Source of the DNA: Octopus vulgaris
Lineage: Eukaryota
Direction of reading: 5' to 3'
Assembly (NCBI GenBank): GCA_951406725.2
Contig: OX597824.1
Span: forward strand, 36,518,001 to 36,582,000
DNA: 64,000 nt
Under the pieces are notes generated by a model. It had not been told where the DNA came from. It did not search any database and saw only the letters and a list, made by a program, of their open reading frames with translations. This document shows positions 54,291 to 64,000 of this stretch, in pieces (position 1 is the stretch's first letter; each line of letters starts with the position of its first letter). The position numbers and the translations under genes were made by a program.

Positions 54291-54557
54291 TTAACTCTTT
54301 TGTTATCAACCTTCCTGAGACTGCCTTCTGGTTCTCAGATACTCTTTACTCTTTTACTCTTTTACTTGTTTCAGTCATTTGACTGCAGCCATGCTGGAGC
54401 ACCAGCTTTATAGTCGAGCAAATCGACCCCAGGACTTATTCTTTGTAAGCCTAGTACTTATTCTATAGTTCTCTTTTGCCGAACCACTAAGTTACAGAGA
54501 CGTAAACACACCAGCATCGGTTGTCAAGCAATGCTAGGGGGACAAACATACACACAA

Positions 54558-54616
<59 letters not shown>

Positions 54617-54905
54617 CATATACAACGGGCTTCTTTCAGTTTCTGTCTACCAAATCCACTCACAAGGCTTTGGTCGGCCTGAGGCTATAGTAGAAGACAC
54701 TTGCCCAAGGTGCCACACAGTGAGATTGAACCAGGTACCATGTGGTTGGTAAGCAAGCTACTTACTACAAAATTTCATTTTAATTTTATATATCAAACAC
54801 TTGTCTCATAACGCCAAAGTGCTTTACTAAATTCTGCATTATTTTCAAAATGAATTGAACCAATGGTAGTGTATTTCAACAGAAATATGGTAACTAAAGG
54901 GTTAG
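54291..54905 (+). mobile_element. Diverged MITE (family 1-related) interrupted by SINE family A
   Basis: ttaactcttttgttatc...gtaactaaagggttag termini; the right part matches 50131-50211. Confidence 0.7.
54340..54768 (-). mobile_element. SINE family A
   Basis: (actctttt)n tail, gaccccaggacttattctttgtaagcctagtacttattc body, internal (CA)n. Confidence 0.88.
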
Positions 54906-54987
54906 ATAATAGTAGAAAAAGATACATTTCAAAAAGAAAACTTTGCAGCTGAATTTATTACATTCAAAGTAGAATCACAGACACAGA

Positions 54988-55028
<41 letters not shown>

Positions 55029-55304
55029 CCCAGTTAAAGATCAATAAAAGCATGCCTCCAGCATGTTTCTCGTTTTGGTTTCAACAAACAATAATTTTCA
55101 CATGGCCAAAAATGGCAAGCAAAGCATTTAGTTTCTGCATGTTATTAGTCTAGATATGTTATGAACGCAAGAGTGACACAAACATGGAGTCTAAAACACT
55201 GAGCGAGTGTCTACATGGTTGCTCAGCCTGCTAGAAATAGCAGCCGTATCTCTCTCATATGTTTTTTGCTTTAACAAAGAAACAACAAAAATTATTTGAA
55301 TGCA

Positions 55305-55640
55305 AACATCATCATCATCATCATCATTGTCATCATGATGCTAGCATGGGATGGACAGTTTGACAGGAGTAGGCAAGCTGGCGAGGGCAGCACCAGGCTC
55401 CAGTTCCTATTGCTAATCACTTTACAGAGTGAACTGGGTGCTTTTTACATGGCACCAGCATGGGTGCTTTTTACATGGCACCAAGCATGGGTACTTTTTA
55501 TGCAACACCAGTACGGGTGTTTTTTATATGGCCCCAGCACGGGTGCTTTTTACATGGCACCAGCATGGGTGCTTTTTATGTGACACCAGTACGGGTGCTT
55601 TTTACATGGCACCAACATGGGTGCTTTTTGCATGGCACCA
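55305..55640 (-). mobile_element. Family D repeat with an internal ~26-bp tandem array
   Basis: (cat)n tail at the left; about 8 copies of gggtgctttttacatggcaccagcat at ~55436-55640. Confidence 0.78.
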
Positions 55641-56355
55641 CCACAGTTGGCAATTAAAATACTAGTAATACATGTGGGACTACACTGAATGTGCACTCAC
55701 CTTCTATATTATGAAATTAGAGAAGGTATCTGGCCATACAGCAATACAAAAGCTTATAAATAAAAACAAAAAGAGTATGCTTTATATGTATTTTTACTCC
55801 TCTTATAACCTCTGGTATTAAGATAAGCATGAGTTGTATGTGACCATATATATATGAATTTATTTTTGTTACATTTCATTTTTTGTGTAACTAATTTCAC
55901 GTTTACTTTAATCTACGAGTTGTCCAACGTATAAACACCCATTATGTAAACATGATCTGCATACTAATTAGCCAAAACAAAATTCTTAGAAATAAAAAAA
56001 AAGAAAACATTTTTTTCCTCATTTAACTTTAAAATCATTCAAAAATTGAACTTCTTACTTTTAGTAGTTTCTTAGATGTCAGAACTGACACCAGAACAAT
56101 CAATAAACCAACCAAAGAAAAAACAGTGGCGTGTGCGTGTGAGTGTGTGTGTATACGCATAAGCATGCATGTGCAAATGGTTAATGTTGGATGGTTAAAA
56201 CATGATAGCAGTATACACAGTCTCTAATAGATTCTCCAGAGACTCATGTGAAGAACATTTAGATCAGGTGAAGAGGTTAAAAGCACCCTGTACTACTGAT
56301 TTCCTCTGCAAAATAGGGATAAGGGCAGCCCAGTGGAGAAATGAGCCCCACAAGG

Positions 56356-59300
56356 TGTTATAGTGACTAGGTTATTCCATTCGTCTCATGGGAGGGGTGT
56401 ACCATTATTACTAATTCCCTACCAATTCTCCCTTCTTAAGTTTTTCTAAGGAAGTGTCATTTTATTTAGCAATAATTTTTTTTTATTCACCCCATCTCTC
56501 TTTTCTTTTTTGTACAATTTCATATTTTTTGCACTTGGCATCTATTTTCAGGAACTCGGTATGTTTTCTTTTCCTCTCATTTGTATGCCTGGTTTCAATC
56601 ACCTGCAGTGGTGTTGGTGCTTGAAATGTATCATGCAACTATTCCATCGGTTCCTCCAACTCCTTTGGTTTGCTTTCCACGAATCTCTTTTCCAATTGGT
56701 CCCAGTGTCTCTTTTGTATGCCTTTTCTACATTTTACCCAATACATCATTTTACCTATGCATTTGGTAATTACACCATCTTCCCAACTCTGCTTTCCATT
56801 CCTGTATGCCCACATATACACTTTTTCACCAAATTTGCTACCTCATCCGTGACTTCCTCATATAATTTTCTTAGGGCTCTTTTGAAGGTATCGACAAAGC
56901 ATTCTGGCTGATCTATTAGATCTGGGATGGTATGGTGCTATAGTGACAAGTTCTACTGTGAAAGTTTCACAAAGCCTTTTAGATTCACTAGACACAAATT
57001 GCATTCCATTGTCAGACATTACCTTATCTGGGATGCCAAACTTCATGTAAAAAATTTATCACAGTTGAGGAAGTTGGTTTTTTACACTTTCAGATTTCAG
57101 GTCATTTTGAAAAATCTATCAACTACCACTACACTGCTGACCTTACCTTTTGTTTTTCTAGTTCTTGCAATATCTTTATGAGTCTATTTTCTGGTTATCT
57201 TTCAGTAGAATTGTGGTATAGCAGTTAAAATTTTTGAAACTTTCATTAGAAGTATAGTTTCTTGCTTTAAATTGATTGTATTTCCATTGAATATTGTAAA
57301 TATTTGTCACAATTAGATAGACAGAGAAATGAAAAATGGGAATTATGAAATGAATATGTGAGAATTAATCAAAAATACAATAAATTCTTTACAGCAGATA
57401 TGATTAAAAGATTCCTCACATCCCTACAATGGTTGTGAGGTTTGATCAGCAAAATCGATGTGTAATTTCAACCATAGAACATCTACTTTTGAACAATGTT
57501 TATTTTTTTATCGTGGGAAATTTTTGATTTCTTTTTGGCTTACATACACAGGTGTTCTACTCTGTTTTACTGCAATTTTTTGTTTCAGTCCCTCAGCCAC
57601 ATTCGAAACTTCGACTGAACCAACTATATTTCCATTCAAAACCCTTTGAATCATTCTATCCGCTCTGTGCCAAATAAATTAAGTGAACGTTTTAGCCTTT
57701 TTTTGTTTGACCTTGAAATGTTACATTACACACAAATTCACTGAAAAAATATAATCTTTTCCCCTATAACACCAAGAGTTACTTTTTTTGATTTAATTAA
57801 TTTCGGCTTACTGACATATTTCCAGGCTTTTCCGTTTATAATGGTGATATCACTACCAGTGTCCAACTGCATTTTAACACCTGTATTTCTGATATTCACC
57901 TTCATGAATTTTCTCATTGTTATATTGCAAATTTTTTCTGATGACATACTATTTATTCTTTTTCCTTTGTTCTGACATTTCATCATCTTCATTCTACAGT
58001 GTGTCTTTATATGTCCTATATTTCCACAACAAAAGCACTCCATTTTTTTTAATGGGCAATTTTTTCTCAGGTGTATACCTCCACATGCAAAACATGGGTT
58101 TATTTCCTGATTTTTGTTGTGTGTTTTTTTATTTTAGAAAACGCTTTATCTCTATTCTGATTATTTCACACTTGCTTCACTTGAAATCAATCTTTACATT
58201 CAATTTCCCCTGTGTCATGTCTTAATTTGACTATCCTTCACATTCTCCTGACACTTGCTGTAGGGTTACATCCTGGTTTTGTTCCAGCTTTATGAGAATT
58301 CTATTTCAAAATTCTGAATCCTTTTCAGCTGTAAGTCCCTAAGTAAAAGTCAGGCATATGAACATATCTGGCATTAATTCATCCAGCTTAAACTTCTCAC
58401 ATTCCCTGTTTACTGTACCAGCATATGTGATGAGGACCTTGTCGTTGTTTTTCTTTATGTTCAGATACTTCTAACATGTGTTGCACAATGAGCTTTTTTC
58501 CACTGATAATTTTATACAATATATATTGTGTCCTTAAAGTTTATGCTTAAAGGTTTTCTTGGGAATACATAATTACTGTATTGTTTATGTTCTGTTGCCA
58601 TCAGTTTTCTCAAGATTAAGCATGTTTTCATCTCGTTGTCCCAGTCTTCACATTCTTTCTTGAAGAATTACTCACATCTTCTGTAGTATGCTTCGAAGGT
58701 AACTCCTTCATCAGGTTCGTGTTTGAACTCTGTTATGGAGTTCGCAACATAGTCTGGCTAGAAGACTTTTCCTGAATTTCCTGACAACTTCATTAATTGC
58801 AGCATTTGTTGTTGCAATACTAACTGTTGTTGGTGTTCTTTCAGTTGTTGTTGCTGATTTGGCAACTTGAGCAAACCAACCAACAAATTTTCCATGATGT
58901 TTTACAATTTTTTTTATTTCCCATAAAATTCACACAACAAAAACTGTTGTGAGTTTGTTAAAGTCTTTGTAGAGTTTATTAATTCCTCATGAGTTGTTTA
59001 ACCCTTTCGTTACCAACCTGGTTGAAACCAGCTCTGGCTCTGCAGTACAAATGTCTTGTTTTCATAAGTTTTGAATTAAAATCTTCTACCAAAGCTTAGT
59101 CATAATTAATGTTCCTAACACTAGCTTAATGATAACTGAGTTATTTTACTAAATTCTTTGTTAGATTTAAAATAATTGAGAGGAACACAGAACATCTCAA
59201 AATAAATACAGTAATGAAAGGGTTAAATCCTTGTCAAGTTCATTAATTCCTCGTGAGATGTTTAAATCCTCGTTGCCACTGTTATAATCCTTAAAAATGT

Positions 59301-59449
59301 TAGATTGTTATAATACCCACCCCTGTATACAGTATACTTAGTAAAACTATTAAAGACATGATTATCTCTGACTGCCTACTATGTACTCTGGGACTTCATG
59401 TACTTCTCTTTACTTATAGTGACTAGGTTATTACTAATTCCCAACAACA
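56356..59449 (-). mobile_element. Decayed Ty3/Gypsy LTR retrotransposon (Mag-like), lacking RT/RNaseH
   Basis: Minus strand order: 5' LTR ~59280-59449; PBS TGGCAACGAGGAT (59278-59266, tRNA-Ser(GCU)-type); gag zinc knuckle CFCCGNIGHIKTHC and protease LDTGSDITII (ORF 57738-58043); integrase FGIPDKVMSDNGMQFVS...APYHPRSN (56858-57046); polypurine tract ~56425-56440; shortened 3' LTR 56356-56424 sharing ttatagtgactaggttatt...ttactaattccc. Candidate 5-bp TSD CAAGG at 56351-56355 and 59450-59454. Confidence 0.88.
58998..59226 (+). mobile_element. TTAA-flanked MITE family 1, inserted in the Gypsy 5' leader
   Basis: ttaa-ccctttcgttac...gtaatgaaaggg-ttaa with an intact TTAA at both ends. Confidence 0.88.
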
Positions 59450-60013
59450 CAAGGTGGAGTGGCTACGGCAGTGAGTGTCACTGACCATTCTCTGTGGCAA
59501 CACCATCATGGTCATTACTGTAGGGGATGCCTGAAGGCACCATTTGTTTTGGGGCATGTGCAAATCCCCCACCCCTTCCATCTTCCACTGCTTTCCCCCT
59601 TTCCCCCTTTTTTCCTTTTCCTTCTTTTCTTTTCTTATCTCTCTTCCTGTTTCTTTGTATTTAAATGTTTTAATGAAACAAAAATTATGCTGTTTTATTT
59701 TTTAAAAAAAGCTAATTAATTGTTGATTGTATTTCCATTGAATATTGTAAATATTTGTCACAATTAGATAGAAATGAGAAATGGGAATTACGAAATGAAT
59801 ATGTGAGAATTAATCAAAAATACAATAAATTCTTTACAGCAGATATGAATAAAAGATTCCTCACATCCCTACAATGGTTGTGAGGTTTAAGAGGAGGGTG
59901 TCTTTTTTTCTACTTTTTGTTTATGTGTTCAAAATCTAGCAATATTTTGCTAAAATTTTAGGGAAAACACATAATTTTCCATGCAAGTATTTTACTCGAC
60001 TAACTATAAATCA

Positions 60014-60312
60014 GTGGAGGCTCATGTCCTAGTGGTTAGAGCAGCAGACTCAAGGTCGAGGGATCGCGGGTCCGAATCTCATACTGGACAATCTGTGTGT
60101 TTATGAGCAAAACACCTAAGCTCTACGAGGCTCCAGCAGAAGGTAATGGCAAACTTCTGCGGACTTTTTTGCCACAACTTTCTCTCATTCTTTCCTCCTG
60201 CATCTTGCAGCTCACCTGCAACAGACCAGCGTCCCGTCCGGGTGGGGAACCTATATACCAAGAAACCGGGAAACTGGCCCTGATGAGCCAGGCATGTCTC
60301 GAGAAGGAACAA
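60014..60312 (+). mobile_element. tRNA-headed SINE with 15-bp TSD
   Basis: gtggaggctcatgtcctagtggttagag...gggtccgaatctc head; TSD actaactataaatca at 59999-60013 and 60313-60327. Confidence 0.88.
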
Positions 60313-62535
60313 ACTAACTATAAATCAACTCCTGCCCCAAATACTTGATGAGAAATAGCCAATAAGAAGATAGCCAAAACAAAAGTAGCCACCATTTAAT
60401 CAACACTTCAACTGTTTACTGGTATCCTATTCCTTCCTATACATTTGCAAAAGACTAAATTTAAAGCAAGAAACTATATTTCTAATGAAAGTTTCAAAAT
60501 TTTTAACTGCTATACCACAATTGTACAGAAAGATAATCAGAAAATAGACTCATAAAGATATTGCAAGAACTAGAAAATAAAAGGTAAGGTCAACAGGCTA
60601 AAATCTTAATTGCATTAATTCAGAAATATAGTGATGAATAATAGGAAGGTATTTTTCGGAGGGTGTATTCAATATTTATTCATTCTTCTTTGAACTGGAG
60701 TGCTATGTTGCCAAGAGTAAAATTAGCTGAAACAGTGTAAAAAGCATTGGTGATAGTTCCATGTAAAAAAACAAAAAAACACTGGCACTGGTGCCATGTA
60801 AAATTCTCTGGCGCTAGTGCCACATAAAAAAAGCATTGATGCTGGTACCACATAAAAAGCACTCATGCTGATGTCACATAAAAAAGTACCCAGTACACAT
60901 TGTAAAGTGGTTGACATTAGGAAGAGCATCCAGCCATAGAAACCATGCCAAAACAGACCATGGAACCTGATGAGGCTGATGTCCTTTCCAACTCTTGTCA
61001 AACCATCCAATGATGATGACGATGATTGTATTCATGGCTTTTTTTTTTTTTTTTTTACATTGTAAAAACTTTTCACAGAAAATACTTTAAATGGAAACAT
61101 CTATATAGAGGGATAGTTTATGTGTTTCATGTGTCAAAGAAGTTGTTATGACATGGGAAATTTTCCTGAGGATACTCATTGCATGAATAACATATATTTA
61201 AGTAAACGTTAACAGAATGTAATGAGAAAAAAAAATTGTTCAGTCACTTAAAATTACACTCACAATGGAAAGAAAACCCATTAGTAGTAATGATAATTTT
61301 TGTCAGTAAAAGTAAGGGAGGTAACCCTGAAGCCTAATTTGTTTAAAAATTAAAAGGGGCAGCAATAGGGATTTGTTAAACCATTAAGGACCTGATGGCT
61401 TGTGTCAGCTGTTAACATTTAATTTATAGCTTATATCACTAATATCATGAAAAACGAATGAATGTCACATTTTCTTTGTCTTCATCTCTGGAAATTAGTA
61501 AAGTTGATAGTCACAAAACATCAAACATCGTTAGTATGTTGGCTGTTTTAGAGCTATTAGAAGAATAATTAATTAAATAGATGCAAAGAAAAAAAAACCT
61601 GTCAAGGTGAAAACAATTGTTGATAATCTTCATTATTTGCTATTAATTACAGTGACACAGATTTAAATGAGATGTTTAACACAGAAATGTATAATCCCTA
61701 TCAAGGTGAAACAATAACAGACATTTTATGCATGTTAAAACCCGAGTTAATCAGAGCATGTGATCAGGAATGAGACTATTCTGTTTTGCTGTCTCCTTAA
61801 ACTCTCACCCTATCATAATATATATTTATCAGATGTTGATCAAAAACAATCTCCACAGCCACATAAATTAGAGAGTGATTAATTTCATTGATATATACCA
61901 AATCATCATCACTTTCTGAACATTACACAGTGTTATTTATAAGGTTTTAGAGCTGAGTGCAAGATCAGGTGGCAAATATAGGCTCCCATGAAGAGAGTCT
62001 AAAAAAAGCTCAGAATCATAATCTGGTTCTTAATTACATGTTCTCAATTAGCTGAAGGTATAACGATCTTTCAAACATTATTTATAACAATAATGGATGT
62101 GATTAAATAGATGTATTAATAAAATAGCATCTCAAACGGTGTGGTAAAAAGAGGACAATACAAGTCAAACCTATAATTGTAAGAATGGAAGCAGGTAATT
62201 ATTATGACAGACAGTTTTTTCTTGCAAAATTATCCAGAGATATTTTAGACCAGTGGTTTTCAACCATAGGCCATATGGCCCTAGGGGAACCATATAATAT
62301 TTTGGAGGGCTCATGCAACAAAAGAGTAAACTGGGGATCCACAATAGTATTTTAAGGACCCCTGTAAAAATTTTGCTTTAGAAGTACGTATTGCTATGTA
62401 TTGCAAGAAGCATTTGGATTTCTTTCTTTACCATTTTACCTAGTTCAACCTACAGAGGTTAATGCGTGAAAAACAAAATAGGAATTTTGAGAGCAATTAC
62501 TATGAAGCTAGTTCTATATCTAAGAGATGAGGAAT

Positions 62536-62960
62536 TACTCTTTACTCTCTTTTTACTCTTTTACTTGTTTCAGTCATATGACTGTGGCCATGCTGGAGCA
62601 CCACCTTTAGTCGAGCAAATCGACCCCAGGACTTATTCTTTGTAAGCCTAGTACTTATTCTATCAGTCTCTTTTGCTGAACCACTAAGTTGTGGGGATGT
62701 AAACACACCAGCATCAGTTGTCAAGCGATGTTGGGGGGACAAACACACAAATATATATATACACACACACACAAACATATACACACACACATACATATAT
62801 ATGACGAGCTTCTTTCGGTTTCCATCTACCAAATCCACTCACAAGGCTTTGGTCGGCCAAAGGCCATAGTAGAAGACACTTGCTCAAGGTGCCATGCAGT
62901 GGGACTTAACCCAGAACCATGTGGTTCATAAGCAAGCTACTTACCACACAGCGACTCCTA
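62536..62960 (-). mobile_element. SINE family A (full length)
   Basis: Closely matches 54340-54768 and 24371-24758. Confidence 0.88.
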
Positions 62961-62974
62961 TTATTTACGTTATT

Positions 62975-63069
62975 TACATTATTTACATTTGACGGATATT
63001 TGTCCTCATCTTGTTTGTGTTAACAACAAAGAAGATGAGGACAAATATCCGTCGAATGTAAATAATGTA
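62975..63069. repeat. Hairpin with 38-bp arms
   Basis: tacattatttacatttgacggatatttgtcctcatctt and aagatgaggacaaatatccgtcgaatgtaaataatgta, one mismatch. Confidence 0.88.
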
Positions 63070-64000
63070 CTATAAAACTAGTTTTTAAACATTGAATGGC
63101 TATGGGTTGGGGTTCCACCAGAATAAAATAGTAATCAAAAGGATCTGCAGATAAAAAGTAGTTGAGAACACCTGTTTTAAATTATAATGGTAAATTTGAT
63201 TCAAAACTATCCAAAAATCTTTGATAAAATGAACATCATTTTTAAATTAATCTTTTACTGAAGCATAAAGCCACAAGTTTATAAAGGTAAGGTAGAGGTG
63301 GTGGGATAAGATTGATTTTTTTTTTCTTTCTCAATGTCATAAGCATTGTAGTAAATTAACTTCAGTAATTAAAACTAGTTTGTGGACTTAACTTAAGACA
63401 TTCCTTTTCCATCTCTAATTCACACAAAATAACTAATGACTATGCAAGGAGATAAAATACCTGTTTGCAGTGTTAATCTTCAATCTTACATGAGTATAAG
63501 ATATTATTGGAACTTAATTAAGGTGTAGGACTGTGACGAGTTCCAATGTCAAACCATGTCAAAGATGACATTGGAGCTCAATGCAATCCTGCAGCTTGCC
63601 GGTTCCCAGTCAACCTGTCCTATCCCTGTCAGCTTGGAAAGCAGATGTGAAACAATGATGATGATGATGATGAAGATGATGATGATGTTGATGATGATGA
63701 TGATAAGCTACAGTAGCATGTTTGATTTTGATCTTCTACATCAGATTTATTGATTACTAAAGCAACCGAGAAAAGATAAGAGAAACAGGCAAACAGAGAT
63801 AGAAAGAGAAAAAATAAGAAGAAAAGAGAGAAGGACAAACAGAGATAGAAAAGTAGAAAGTGAGAGAGAGAGAGAGAGATTAATGAAAGTAAAGAATAAT
63901 AGATAAGCAGACAAATATACATGAATCAGTTCTTTACTTAGGGGTGCCCTTTGTAGGTTAATTTGCTCTATATTAAAATTCTACATAATTCTAGAATAGT

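Larger units (their letters stand above)
62251..63174. mobile_element. hAT (Charlie-like) non-autonomous element with a nested SINE and hairpin
   Basis: TIRs CAGTGGTTTTCAAC and GTTGAGAACACCTG; 8-bp flanks ttttagac and ttttaaat (6/8 match) as a decayed TSD. Confidence 0.65.

Noticed and set aside
55436-55640. Regular ~26-bp repeats that superficially suggest a CRISPR-like array
   Set aside because: Units are directly tandem with no unique spacers, lie inside a retroposon, and the context is eukaryotic.

Overview
Eukaryotic, AT-rich, microsatellite-dense genomic DNA. The repeat families and overall texture look like an octopus (coleoid cephalopod) genome; this is an inference from pattern recognition, not a search result. 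The window appears to lie inside one minus-strand gene, of which two coding exons are visible: a 1434-nt proline-rich exon (51823-50390) and a 114-nt exon (15791-15678). They join in phase 0 across a ~34.6 kb intron and encode the start of a MyTH4-like domain, probably of a MyTH4-type unconventional myosin. The rest is intronic and filled with several tRNA-type SINE families, RTE and R4/Dong LINE relics, TTAA-flanked MITEs, a hAT-like MITE, mariner and Helitron fossils, a decayed Gypsy LTR element, a 5S rRNA pseudogene, foldback hairpins and long microsatellites. Most ORFs in the supplied track are simple-repeat artefacts. Most noteworthy: (1) a minimal hammerhead-ribozyme motif on the pre-mRNA strand inside a foldback, with further degenerate Penelope-type relics; (2) a 5S rRNA-SINE chimera nested in a MITE; (3) a Gypsy element whose RT/RNaseH region is replaced by a two-template patch copied from flanking DNA; (4) an inverted duplication bracketing a 2.9 kb segment. 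I see no convincing evidence for a wholly new gene system. Repeat boundaries are approximate unless a TSD or TIR is quoted.
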